From an uncultured Nitrospina sp. (GTDB lineage Bacteria; Nitrospinota; Nitrospinia; Nitrospinales; VA-1), in contig CAZMXD010000001.1 in the NCBI GenBank assembly GCA_964570185.1, positions 1-42,080 on the forward strand: DNA of 42,080 nt, read 5' to 3'. A program made the translations under genes and the position numbers. The notes beneath the pieces are model-generated. The model was given only the letters and a program-made list of their open reading frames with translations, was not told the DNA's origin and searched no databases. Position 1 is the first letter of the stretch; each line of letters opens with the position of its first letter. Positions 19,440-28,814 of this stretch are shown here, in pieces.

Positions 19440-19911
19440 ACAAAATTGGGCTGAAAACATAATTTTAGGAATTATAGCGTTAAATATATTTGTTTTGGCT
19501 TATGTGTTTTTAATCCCACGAGCACAATTTATTATTGATCATTGGGAATGGGATTCTGAGGCTCTAATGGAAATTCAGGGAGCTATGGATATACCAAATC
19601 AGTACTCGAAAACCTATAAAGTCGCCAATCATATCCGGAATTCTACAAATAAAGATTCAGTAATTTTAATGCCCGCCGATAATTGGGAATTTGGTTCAAA
19701 CAGATCGGTTGTGATTCAACGATTGTATCCACGAGAGGTATATTTTATGGGCGACGAAAGTTTTTATAATCAAAAGAATAATGCTGACTTCGAAAAAATG
19801 GTCTATGCAATAGCCTTTCCTGATGATGGTGCTAATTTATGTTTTGAGAAAAAGTATGAAAAATTGGGTGAAACGGGTTTTGTGATTTGCAGGAGTAGCA
19901 TTCCTAATTAA
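19432..19911 (+). CDS. hypothetical protein with a single N-terminal TM anchor
   Basis: 159-aa ORF. Its start overlaps the preceding gene by 8 nt (ATGGTTAA). One TM (IILGIIALNIFVLAYVFLI) is followed by a soluble domain. It may act as the periplasmic partner of the upstream GT-C-like protein. Confidence 0.55.
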   Translation: MVKQNWAENIILGIIALNIFVLAYVFLIPRAQFIIDHWEWDSEALMEIQGAMDIPNQYSKTYKVANHIRNSTNKDSVILMPADNWEFGSNRSVVIQRLYPREVYFMGDESFYNQKNNADFEKMVYAIAFPDDGANLCFEKKYEKLGETGFVICRSSIPN

Positions 19912-20875
19912 AATTTTCTTTGTTGGTGTTAGGGTTTGCGCTAAAAAGAAGATTTTTAAAAATAGCCATACCTAATAAAGCCCAAACCATCTCGAAAACC
20001 CTATCCACGGCTGTTGCCAAAACCCCTTGTTTAAATCCTGAACCGAAGGATTGAGATAAGAAGCCAACTGCTAATTCTCTCGATCCGATGTCACTTTGAA
20101 GCATTGGAATAAGGCGAACAAAAGCTGATACGGTTGTAAAAATATAACAATTCAGAATATCAATATTTATGCCGATTGCTTTGCAGGCAAAATAAAAGCG
20201 TAAACCCATTACAATAACTAAAAACAAATTATTCAGAACTAGTTTTCTAAATAGTAGTTTATTTTGAAGAATATTATTTAATATTCTAGCTGCCTGTAGC
20301 AGAGTTTTAAAAAACCGGTTTTCTGATTTTGAAAACCTGAAAGGGCTTTTGGCAAGATAGAGAACGGTAATTACAATTCCAAGAAATACAAGTGTAAGAG
20401 GAAAAATTTTTTCGGAAAGAGTGATAGAATAAATTGAAATACCCAAGGCAATACAAGCATTAATTAATATCAACATTAAATGATCCGCTCCCAACGACCC
20501 TATAAAAGAAGTATATGGAAAATAATGCTGCCTTTTTAGATAGTTTGACGTAATGAGAGAACCGGATTTATAGACGACTCCGTTTAAGGATGAAGAAATA
20601 AAAGCAAGCCCTACCCATTCATTAAAATTTAGTTTGATATTGAAAGATTCTGTGATGTGCCGTAGTTTGTTGCCATTTATGATAATGGATAAAATGGAAA
20701 GGAAAGAAAGCGTGAAAAATAAATTCGGGTTTAATTTTGAAATTAAATAAAAATCCTCTCTATGCTGATAAAATAAATAAAAGGATATTATTGCAATTGC
20801 AATGGTGATCAAACCATTTATCCATTTCAGTAGAGGTGAAGGCATCGACTCAAATAAATTCCTTAAGTTGGTCAA
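19904..20875 (-). CDS. UPF0104 / lysylphosphatidylglycerol-synthase-TM-region-like (flippase-like) membrane protein
   Basis: 323-aa ORF with about 8 TM. The SDIGSRELAVGFL motif resembles the conserved G-x-R-E loop of that family. An alternative start at Met-11 (20845) would remove the overlap with the upstream gene. Confidence 0.6.
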   Translation of the reverse strand: MTNLRNLFESMPSPLLKWINGLITIAIAIISFYLFYQHREDFYLISKLNPNLFFTLSFLSILSIIINGNKLRHITESFNIKLNFNEWVGLAFISSSLNGVVYKSGSLITSNYLKRQHYFPYTSFIGSLGADHLMLILINACIALGISIYSITLSEKIFPLTLVFLGIVITVLYLAKSPFRFSKSENRFFKTLLQAARILNNILQNKLLFRKLVLNNLFLVIVMGLRFYFACKAIGINIDILNCYIFTTVSAFVRLIPMLQSDIGSRELAVGFLSQSFGSGFKQGVLATAVDRVFEMVWALLGMAIFKNLLFSANPNTNKENFN

Positions 20876-21938
20876 TAATGAAATGACTTGGAGAGATATT
20901 TTTGGAAATCGGCTCTCCTCTATATGATTTGTAATTGGCTATAAATTCATCAATGATTGCCGAATTAAATTTAGATAGCACGACATTTGTATTTAACCCT
21001 TCCATTCTTTCGGTTTCTTTCCTGAACAAAAGGCAGGGAATCCCTAAATACGAACATTCCTCCTGATTACTTCCGCCATCGGTAATTATAAATTCAGCTT
21101 TTCTAAGGATTTGATTGAATTCAAAAAACCCTAGTCTAGGCAGGAGGTGGCAGCCGGGCTCTTTTGCAAGAACTTCATATAAGTTTGTCTTTTTTAGAGC
21201 AACACGGGTTGGCGGATGAAGTATAAAAAGAATTTTTATTTCCTTGGAAATTTGTATTAATTTTTTAACGACTATTTTTAATTTTTCTTTTTTGGAAATT
21301 GTTTCGAACCGATGCAAACTGGCAATGGCAAATTTCCCCGAGGCCTGCTCTATTGTTTTATTTAAACTGACTTTTTCGGCCAGTCTAAGAGAATCCAGCA
21401 TGGTATTGTATTGGGTGCAAAAGGCTGTTTTTTTGTATGGCATTACATTGAGAACGGCTTTTTTGTCTTGACAAAAAAATATATCGATCAAGCCTGCCTT
21501 GGCAGAGAACACACGGGTAATTTCCTCCGGAAATGGTTTTAAATAATTAAATGACCTTAGTCCGGCTTCCACCTGAGCTACTTTTAGTCCTTGCCTCTTT
21601 GCCATTAGGGCGCCTAAAAATAAAGGAGGAGCGTCCCCATGAATTAGCACGGCGCCATGATTGTCATCACGAAAAATCAATTTACTGTTAAAAAAAGAGT
21701 ATATAAGGACGCGAAAAGACCAAAAGATCATATCGCTAACCTTGGTAATGTCTTTTTCCGTGTCGCCTATAATGATATCTGGTTTTTTAATTCCAAACTG
21801 GGTGATGATTTCATAAATGGTTTCCCTGTGTTGGGCTAAAAAAATAAAATTATAATCAATTTCCTTGTCTTCCAACGCCCTCATTATCGGTGCCATTTTT
21901 ATTATTTGGGCACGTGTGCCAACAATTATATGAAGCAT
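20850..21938 (-). CDS. UDP-N-acetylglucosamine 2-epimerase-like protein
   Basis: 362-aa ORF. The N-terminus IVGTRAQIIKMAPIMRAL matches the WecB/MnaA GTRPExIKMAP signature, followed by HGD..., VEAGLRS and ITDGGSNQEE motifs. Confidence 0.72.
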   Translation of the reverse strand: MLHIIVGTRAQIIKMAPIMRALEDKEIDYNFIFLAQHRETIYEIITQFGIKKPDIIIGDTEKDITKVSDMIFWSFRVLIYSFFNSKLIFRDDNHGAVLIHGDAPPLFLGALMAKRQGLKVAQVEAGLRSFNYLKPFPEEITRVFSAKAGLIDIFFCQDKKAVLNVMPYKKTAFCTQYNTMLDSLRLAEKVSLNKTIEQASGKFAIASLHRFETISKKEKLKIVVKKLIQISKEIKILFILHPPTRVALKKTNLYEVLAKEPGCHLLPRLGFFEFNQILRKAEFIITDGGSNQEECSYLGIPCLLFRKETERMEGLNTNVVLSKFNSAIIDEFIANYKSYRGEPISKNISPSHFIIDQLKEFI

Positions 21939-21947
21939 AGGTAAAAA

Positions 21948-22730
21948 TTATGAGGAAAAAAAATTTAGTTTTTTATAGTTTGAGGTAAACAATCGAAAAA
22001 AATCTATAAAACCAGGGGTTTTGTAAAAACTACCACTAAGTTTGCTTTGTGTGATTTTAGGAAGACTTTCTAACTTGACCATTTCAATTGCCTGAATGAT
22101 CAATTTTAGAGATAGTTCCATGTTTTTCTTTTTTATCGAAAATAGAGTGTCACTAGAATTTATCTCCAAAAATTCTTGTATTGCAATATCACCAGTATCG
22201 ATTCCGGGGTCGAGGTGAATAATCGAAGTGCCAATATTTTTAAAATCATTTTTACTTATAGCCCAGAAGTCGGAATGTACATTACGATATTCGGGAACAA
22301 TTCCTCCATGAATATTTAAAGTGTATTTCTTGGCAATAGAAAGTATTTCTGGTTTGAGGATGGAAGTTCCAAAAACAATCATTAATTCAGGTTCTAGTGA
22401 ATTAAGAATTGAAAGGCATTGTAAGTCGGAAGCATGTTTTACCCTATGTAAAGTTAACTCCCTGGGAAATGTTTTGATATGATTTGGTTTTAATAAGTGT
22501 TTCTCAATATAGTTATTAGCGAGTTTTGAATAGATCCATATCGCGCAAAGGTCTAAAATTTTTTCAGGGAATTTTTGCCATGAGGCAGACTTTACTTCGC
22601 GTAGAATTTTAGTAATTTTTTTTGTTGATGCTTCTTCAATGATAGTAGCGTCCAGCAATCCTTTTTGGTTTAAGCTGTTAGCTATAAATTTTGCCGAGCA
22701 AGAGTTGTTGGTAAGAAAAACTGTCTTCAT
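21948..22730 (-). CDS. formyltransferase-family protein (Fmt/ArnA N-terminal-domain-like)
   Basis: 260-aa ORF. LNIHGGIVPEYRNVHSDFWAI (catalytic N-x-H) and IHLDPGIDTGDI (catalytic Asp loop) match the N10-formyl-THF-dependent formyltransferase fold. Confidence 0.75.
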   Translation of the reverse strand: MKTVFLTNNSCSAKFIANSLNQKGLLDATIIEEASTKKITKILREVKSASWQKFPEKILDLCAIWIYSKLANNYIEKHLLKPNHIKTFPRELTLHRVKHASDLQCLSILNSLEPELMIVFGTSILKPEILSIAKKYTLNIHGGIVPEYRNVHSDFWAISKNDFKNIGTSIIHLDPGIDTGDIAIQEFLEINSSDTLFSIKKKNMELSLKLIIQAIEMVKLESLPKITQSKLSGSFYKTPGFIDFFRLFTSNYKKLNFFSS

Positions 22731-23584
22731 GAGATTAATTGAAGGTTTCTATTTTCAACTAGCTTGTTAAGGGTGACTATTTGAAACCCTTTAGACCTGG
22801 CCAAATCCACCATCCTTTCAATCATGGGTAATTCTTGAATTCCCGCGTAATACGGATGATCATAGAGTACAGCGAAAAATCGTTTGTCCAACTTAGATGA
22901 AAAATCTTTGAGAATAGCATTGTCATTCATATTTTTGGCTCTTAGATTTTCTAGATAGGCGACACCACCATCTCCTAAAATATTTGTAGGAACTTGCAGT
23001 AATTTAGATTCGCTTTGGACAGAAGTAATTTTTTTAAGATTTTCTCCATGGGCATCAGCTACGTAATGAAAATCTAGCGATTCTAAAACCGTGTTTAAAT
23101 CGTTAGAACCGCACCACCCTGGGGAAGAAAACCCCAGAGGTTTTTCGCCAAGAAATTTGGTCAAAGATTTTAATGCGGGGGTAATTTCTTTAAAAAACTT
23201 TTGTTTTTCCCAATTATGGCTTTCGTTTTGCCACTCTCCATGATTGGAACCCCCGTGCAAACCAACTTCGTGTCCAGCCTTTTTCAAAGATTTAATGATA
23301 TCAGGGTGAGAGTTTCCTACTTGAGGATTAATAAGAGCCATGATCAAATAATCCCACAAACCCAGTTTTTTTAAATTGGAAAGCTTTTTAGATGTTTGTG
23401 CAATTGATTTGCTTCTCAAAGGAAGCACTTTTTTGATGAAAGACCATCTAGAAGTTCCGCGTCCCATATTAACGAAAAAGGTAAATGGAACATCTAAATT
23501 TTTAGAAAGTCTGATGAGATTAGGAACCCCTTTTTTAATACACTTTGGAGTATCAACATCAAATCTAAGGCAAAAATACTTCAT
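22727..23584 (-). CDS. polysaccharide deacetylase family protein, ArnD-like (deformylase candidate)
   Basis: 285-aa ORF. FCLRFDVDT...GVPNLIRLSKNLDVPFTFFVNMG...GHEVGLHG is collinear with my recollection of the ArnD N-terminus (RIDVDT...GVP...FF..G...EVGLH). 4-nt overlap with the formyltransferase gene. Confidence 0.72.
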   Translation of the reverse strand: MKYFCLRFDVDTPKCIKKGVPNLIRLSKNLDVPFTFFVNMGRGTSRWSFIKKVLPLRSKSIAQTSKKLSNLKKLGLWDYLIMALINPQVGNSHPDIIKSLKKAGHEVGLHGGSNHGEWQNESHNWEKQKFFKEITPALKSLTKFLGEKPLGFSSPGWCGSNDLNTVLESLDFHYVADAHGENLKKITSVQSESKLLQVPTNILGDGGVAYLENLRAKNMNDNAILKDFSSKLDKRFFAVLYDHPYYAGIQELPMIERMVDLARSKGFQIVTLNKLVENRNLQLIS

Positions 23585-23626
23585 AGTTCAGTTTTTTAGG
23601 CCCAAAGTTTTTGTTAATTCGACGAA

Positions 23627-24571
23627 TCAATCTTCGTGATCAATTTTATTTTTGATTCTAAGTTGGATGTCTTCAAGAAGTTGCCGGTTTACGGCTATTA
23701 GCTCGGCGGATATACCCATCATTATTATTTGAAAACCAACGATCAGCAGGATGGAAGATAAAATTAGCGATTGGACATGACCTACCGTTTGTCCTTGAAA
23801 GAAGAAAAAAAGGTACCGACAACCAATGGCAAACCCAAGTAAAAATGTGGCTCCGCCTGCAATAGTGAAAAGCCTTAAAGGGCGGTACATGGAGTAAACT
23901 TTTAGCATCGTAATAAGAGACCGTTTCAAATAAACTCTGATACTTGGAAACAGTCTGGATTCGCGCAACTTTTCGTTTGTTTTCACCGGGACATATGTAA
24001 TGGCCAGATTTTTTTTGCCTGCGCTTATTATGGTTTCAATGGTATAGGTGAAATCCGAAACAACATTCAGTTGAAGAGCGGCATCCCTGCTATAAGCCCG
24101 AAATCCGCTTGTTGCATCTGGTATAAGCGTTCCTGATAATTGCCGGACTACCCAGCTACCAAATTTTTGGAGAAAAATTTTCATCGGTGAAAAGTGACGG
24201 ATCGTTTCAACTTGCCTGTCTCCTACCACGATATCTGCTTCTTTTCTCAAAATAGGTTGAATCAATTTAACTATGTCGCCGCCAAAGTATTGATTATCGG
24301 CATCCGTATTGACAATAATATCCGCATTCAGTTTCAATGATTCGTTAATTCCGGAAATAAAAGCTTTCGCTAGCCCCTTATTATTTGTGAACTGAAGAAT
24401 ATGATTCACGCCCAGTTTTTTCGCTACTTCTACAGTTTTGTCTGTGCTTCCATCATCAATTAAAAGAATTTCGATCTTATCCACGCCTTCAATATTTTTT
24501 GGTAGGTCTGCCAGGGTTTTAGGAAGAGTATGTTCTTCGTTTAAGCAAGGAATTTGAATGATTAGTTTCAC
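23627..24571 (-). CDS. GT2 polyprenyl-phosphate glycosyltransferase (ArnC / DPM-synthase-like) with two C-terminal TM helices
   Basis: 314-aa ORF. IQIPCLNEE...ILLIDDGSTDKT...VNTDADNQ, plus two C-terminal hydrophobic helices, gives the ArnC/GtrB architecture. Confidence 0.8.
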   Translation of the reverse strand: MKLIIQIPCLNEEHTLPKTLADLPKNIEGVDKIEILLIDDGSTDKTVEVAKKLGVNHILQFTNNKGLAKAFISGINESLKLNADIIVNTDADNQYFGGDIVKLIQPILRKEADIVVGDRQVETIRHFSPMKIFLQKFGSWVVRQLSGTLIPDATSGFRAYSRDAALQLNVVSDFTYTIETIISAGKKNLAITYVPVKTNEKLRESRLFPSIRVYLKRSLITMLKVYSMYRPLRLFTIAGGATFLLGFAIGCRYLFFFFQGQTVGHVQSLILSSILLIVGFQIIMMGISAELIAVNRQLLEDIQLRIKNKIDHED

Positions 24572-24591
24572 GGGAATAGTTATGGTATTTT

Positions 24592-26322
24592 TTAGATGAT
24601 GTTGTAGCGACGAAATATATAGACTTTATCGGCGGAAGATTGGGTTTGGAAAAGGTGAATCTGAATATCGTATGAGTTATTGATTCTTTTTACTGGGACA
24701 TTCAGTACAAATTTCTCATATTTATTATTTTCAAGAATAAATTTTAATTTAGCCTTTATGAGATTCATTTTTTCTGCTGAACGCATATCCCATTGGTCGC
24801 CCCTCAAAACAATCCAATCTGGTTTGCTTTTCATGCTTAATTCGTTATTGTGAATCATCTTAAACCCAGTGTAAAAAGTCAAAGATTCCAATTCGTTGTC
24901 AATATAGCACGTTTCTCCTTTTTTCCCATGAGTTTCAAAAAATTTAACAATCTTATCCAAAGGACCTTGGTATGGATTAGCGAGTTCTCGCCAGTATTGA
25001 AAAAAAATAGATTTAAATTGAATTTCTCGCATAAAAGTCTCATGAATACCATGCAGGTATAAATTCGGATTAACTTCGGATTGCGGGATTGGAAGTATTT
25101 GTTTCACGGGAATTAAAGGGCTAACATGAATAAAATTTGAAAAAATCAGAAAGCTCAAAAACATATATTGCCGAATAATGGAATCTTTAAAAAGGTTGAA
25201 TACTAGCCACCCTAATATAAGAAATAAGATTGGAATACATGCTGCTATATATTGCAATAAGGGAATAGAGTGTAGTGAAGCGGTTAATAAGATAAAAAAA
25301 ACAGAAATAACCAAAAGAGACAAGGACCTGTTAAATTTTTTTAAAGGTCTAAGTAATAAAAAGGGAATCAATATTAGCGGAAAAATATAGTTGTTGATTT
25401 GAAATAGGAAACCCAAAAAATGCTTAAAATAGCCTAAATAAGAAGTGTCTATAAAAGGACTTGTGGAAGTATAAAATGCTGTTATCTGTTTTGACAGGGC
25501 AGGTATAAATAAAAGCCATGGTAAACATAGTGCCGCTGTTATAATCGCGGGAATTTTTACTCTTCTTAGGTTTATTGACCCCACTTCTTTTCTATAACAA
25601 AACAAGTGAGTCAGCATTCCCATTATGAGTCCTGCGAATTCGACGTACATGGTATGGAAAAAAATAACTGAGGTAATAGTGAATGGAATAGGGTTCCATT
25701 TTTTCTTGTCAAATATTCCGATATAAAATAAAAGCATGATAGGTGTCAATAAAATAGGAATGGCAACGTAACGGGAGGTTCTGAAGTAAAGCAGAGCCGG
25801 AACACATGTGCTTAACAGGGTTGCTGCAAAAATAGCTATAGATTTTTCTTCTGTAAGTCGAATTGCTAAATGGTACAGGCAAAATATAGAAAAAAGCCCC
25901 GCGATGGCGAAAGGAAGTCGGGCCGCAAAAGTATTATTTCCCAGAAAATATAATGAAATAGACTGAAGGTAGTAGGGCAACCAGGTTCTATATATGAAAA
26001 CGCCATCCAAAATATCCGCAAATAGCATGGTTTTATTCAAACCATCTGAGTGCATGGGGAACCCATACTTTAATATGGTGGTCGAAATAAAAGTGTCTCC
26101 TCCTTCATCCACCTGTAAAACGTTGTCATCCAAACCTGCAAAAATTAACAAAAAAGCAAAAAGCAGGAGAAAGGTAATGGTAAGGTGGGATTTGAAAATA
26201 AACTGGATAGATGTCACTTTAAGAAGCCATGTTCTTAGGTATTTTAAAATTCCTTTTTTAGTATTATACCCAAGAGTATGTCCTGACGGGATCAAAACTT
26301 GGTTCGGAGCAAGCTTATTCAT
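24592..26322 (-). CDS. ArnT/PMT_2-like GT-C membrane glycosyltransferase
   Basis: 576-aa ORF. About 12 TM with an acidic first periplasmic loop (QVDEGGDTF), then a C-terminal soluble domain of roughly 150 aa. First gene of the Arn-like operon. Confidence 0.72.
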   Translation of the reverse strand: MNKLAPNQVLIPSGHTLGYNTKKGILKYLRTWLLKVTSIQFIFKSHLTITFLLLFAFLLIFAGLDDNVLQVDEGGDTFISTTILKYGFPMHSDGLNKTMLFADILDGVFIYRTWLPYYLQSISLYFLGNNTFAARLPFAIAGLFSIFCLYHLAIRLTEEKSIAIFAATLLSTCVPALLYFRTSRYVAIPILLTPIMLLFYIGIFDKKKWNPIPFTITSVIFFHTMYVEFAGLIMGMLTHLFCYRKEVGSINLRRVKIPAIITAALCLPWLLFIPALSKQITAFYTSTSPFIDTSYLGYFKHFLGFLFQINNYIFPLILIPFLLLRPLKKFNRSLSLLVISVFFILLTASLHSIPLLQYIAACIPILFLILGWLVFNLFKDSIIRQYMFLSFLIFSNFIHVSPLIPVKQILPIPQSEVNPNLYLHGIHETFMREIQFKSIFFQYWRELANPYQGPLDKIVKFFETHGKKGETCYIDNELESLTFYTGFKMIHNNELSMKSKPDWIVLRGDQWDMRSAEKMNLIKAKLKFILENNKYEKFVLNVPVKRINNSYDIQIHLFQTQSSADKVYIFRRYNII

Positions 26323-26430
26323 GGTAAAGCGGAATTATACGGTTAGATAATATGTAGCCCTATGGTATGATCGCCTATTTAGATTTATCGGCTTTAAAAA
26401 TCCCTGATATTAGCTAAAAATTTTATAAAA

Positions 26431-27150
26431 ATGGATACTCCTGAAATATCTGTAGTAGTTTTAGCCTATCGAAGTGCCGAAACGATAATGGGTTTCGTAG
26501 AATCTCTCGTCGGGTCCTTGGAAAAGGAGAATCTTCGGTGGGAAATCATTCTGGTGGGTAATTATTTTGAAGGGAAAGGAGATCGGACCCCTGAGGTGAT
26601 TACTAATATTGCAGCTCGTGAAGCGCGAATCAAGGTGGTCACTGAAATTAAAAAGGGAATGATGGGATGGGATATGAAAACAGGGTTGCAAGCGGCTACG
26701 GGTAAATCACTGGCGGTTATAGATGGGGACGGACAAATGCCTAGCGAGGATGTTGTCCGAGTATATCAATTAATGAAAGAAAATGGATTGGATCTCGCAA
26801 AAACATACCGGGCCAAAAGGAATGACGGTTCTTATAGGAAATTGATTTCCGCCGTTTATAATATCTTATTTAAAATAATGTTTCCGGGAATAAAAGCCTC
26901 AGATATAAATTCTAAACCTAAAATAATGACACGAAAATTTTATGAAAAAATAAATCTGGAATCCAATGGATGGTTCATTGATGCGGAGATTATGATTTTG
27001 GCCAGGCGGTTTAATTTAAAAATAGGAGAAGTTGAAACCGTTTTTCATAGTATGGATTCGCGTCCTTCATTTGTAAAACCTTTATCCATTCTTGAATTCT
27101 TATTTAATCTGCTTGTTTATCGAATAAGAGAATTTCTCGCAAAAGAATAA
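26431..27150 (+). CDS. GT2 glycosyltransferase (soluble, DPM-synthase-like)
   Basis: 239-aa ORF. ISVVVLAYRSAETI...ILVGNYF...VIDGDGQ (DxD). Divergent from the ArnT-like gene. Confidence 0.8.
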   Translation: MDTPEISVVVLAYRSAETIMGFVESLVGSLEKENLRWEIILVGNYFEGKGDRTPEVITNIAAREARIKVVTEIKKGMMGWDMKTGLQAATGKSLAVIDGDGQMPSEDVVRVYQLMKENGLDLAKTYRAKRNDGSYRKLISAVYNILFKIMFPGIKASDINSKPKIMTRKFYEKINLESNGWFIDAEIMILARRFNLKIGEVETVFHSMDSRPSFVKPLSILEFLFNLLVYRIREFLAKE

Positions 27151-27165
27151 TCGCATGGTATCGGC

Positions 27166-28050
27166 ATGAACCTTCTTATCACCGGGGCCTCCAGCACTCT
27201 GGGAAAAAATCTCGCCTCAGAATTGTTGAAAATTGGCAAATTTTCCATTCGGTTGCTTGAGCATCATTCGTCTGTCTCAAATGAACATTGTGAAGTCTTT
27301 AAAGGCGATCTTCAAAATATTGATAATTTAATCAACGCTTGTGCCGGAATGGATACGGTGATCCATCTGGCGGCATTGACCCACTCCCAGTCTTCTAAAG
27401 CCTATTTTAATGTTAATGTGGCGGGCACAGAAAATTTACTGACAGCCTGCCAAAAACATAATGTGAGACGGTTTATATTCGTAAGTTCTTCTGCGGCTTC
27501 TAAAAAAGGCGGTGAATATGGAGTGAGTAAGCTTCGATGCGAAGAGAGAGTTCAAAACTCATCTTTGGATTGGGTAATTCTAAGGCCTTCAGAGATTTAT
27601 GGGCCAAATATGGAAGAGGGAATCGGGAAATTAATTTCTTGGATAAAAAAGTTTCCGGTTATTCCTGTTATTGGTGATGGGTCTTATTTTTTAAGCCCGG
27701 TTTATGTGGACGATATTGTTCATGTAATGGTTAAAATTATTAAAAATGATCTGCTTATAAAACAAAATTTAAACCTATGTGGACCAGAAAAAATGACAAT
27801 GAATGAATTGATCGACCGACTTGCCCAAATCCATAGGGTTCAACGAAAAAAGATTTTTTTGCCTATATGGTTTGTCCGGCTGGGGGCAGCTTTTTTATCG
27901 ATGGTGAAATCAAAAGTTGTTTTTTCGGATCAGATTGATCGGCTTTTATGCGATAAAGATAGAACAATAAATAAAACTCAGGGCATTATTCCTTATAGTC
28001 CCAGAAAAATCGAGGAAGGGATTTTATCTTTTCAAACAAAAAAGAATTAA
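27166..28050 (+). CDS. NAD(P)-dependent epimerase/dehydratase (extended SDR)
   Basis: 294-aa ORF. LLITGASSTLGKNL (a variant TGxxGxxG) and the catalytic YGVSK (YxxxK). Confidence 0.82.
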   Translation: MNLLITGASSTLGKNLASELLKIGKFSIRLLEHHSSVSNEHCEVFKGDLQNIDNLINACAGMDTVIHLAALTHSQSSKAYFNVNVAGTENLLTACQKHNVRRFIFVSSSAASKKGGEYGVSKLRCEERVQNSSLDWVILRPSEIYGPNMEEGIGKLISWIKKFPVIPVIGDGSYFLSPVYVDDIVHVMVKIIKNDLLIKQNLNLCGPEKMTMNELIDRLAQIHRVQRKKIFLPIWFVRLGAAFLSMVKSKVVFSDQIDRLLCDKDRTINKTQGIIPYSPRKIEEGILSFQTKKN

Positions 28051-28814
28051 TCTTTTTGGCCTGTTATCAAATACTGCCCTCCAAGAGGTAACCAGCCCAG
28101 ATAAGGATCCAAAACGTTTAAGGCTGATAAAAACTTTGGAAAGAACGTTGTATAAATGATCCGGATATTTGACAAGGCAACCTGGTTAAAGTGGTTCTTC
28201 AGGGTTTTCGAGGGAATTAATACCGCGTCTTTATCAAACGGACAATCTTTCACAATTTTTTGTGTGACAGGATTAAGTGGATTATGTTCCCAAATGACTA
28301 ATTTCCCTCCCGGATTTAACAGCGAACAAAGTTTATTGATAATCTTTACATGGTCGGGATGAGGGATATGGTGGAATACGCCTGACGAGAATATCAGATC
28401 ATAATGCAAACGTCCCCATTCGGGAGAATCGTATTCCTGGAAATTCGTATCAATCGGAAACCGCGAACGAGCTTTCTCAATAGAGTCTTTAGAGAGATCT
28501 GCTCCTGTATAAACTGCGTTTGGGAAGAATTTTTTAAGGTGTCCAAACAAATTCCCCACCCCACACCCAAAGTCTAACAGTTGAAAAGGTTTTTGTGACA
28601 GGCTCGGAAAAAGAGTTTTTAATTTGTGGAGTTTTGCGGAAACAAGATTGTCTGTATCGTAACCCGTATGGCGTATAGCCTGATTTAGTAATTCATTATA
28701 ATTTTTAGAATAGGAGTCGAATGATTCGGGCATACGGTATTTATGATAAAGATTGGTATAAACTCTTATATTGGCCCATGATTTTTCCCCAGTCAAATCT
28801 GTTTTTAATTTCAA
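28047..28814 (-). CDS. class I SAM-dependent methyltransferase
   Basis: 255-aa ORF. Motif I LLDFGCGVGN, followed by GADLS and PGGKLVIWE. An alternative start at ATG 28733 (MPESF...) would remove the 74-nt overlap with the GT4 gene. Its stop overlaps the convergent SDR stop in a TTAA. Confidence 0.8.
   Translation of the reverse strand: MKLKTDLTGEKSWANIRVYTNLYHKYRMPESFDSYSKNYNELLNQAIRHTGYDTDNLVSAKLHKLKTLFPSLSQKPFQLLDFGCGVGNLFGHLKKFFPNAVYTGADLSKDSIEKARSRFPIDTNFQEYDSPEWGRLHYDLIFSSGVFHHIPHPDHVKIINKLCSLLNPGGKLVIWEHNPLNPVTQKIVKDCPFDKDAVLIPSKTLKNHFNQVALSNIRIIYTTFFPKFLSALNVLDPYLGWLPLGGQYLITGQKD

Noticed and set aside
28047-28050. Convergent genes sharing overlapping stop codons in TTAA (also an 8-nt convergent overlap at 19904..19911)
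   Set aside because: This is a consequence of compact gene packing. No hairpin or other element was detected that would suggest special regulation.
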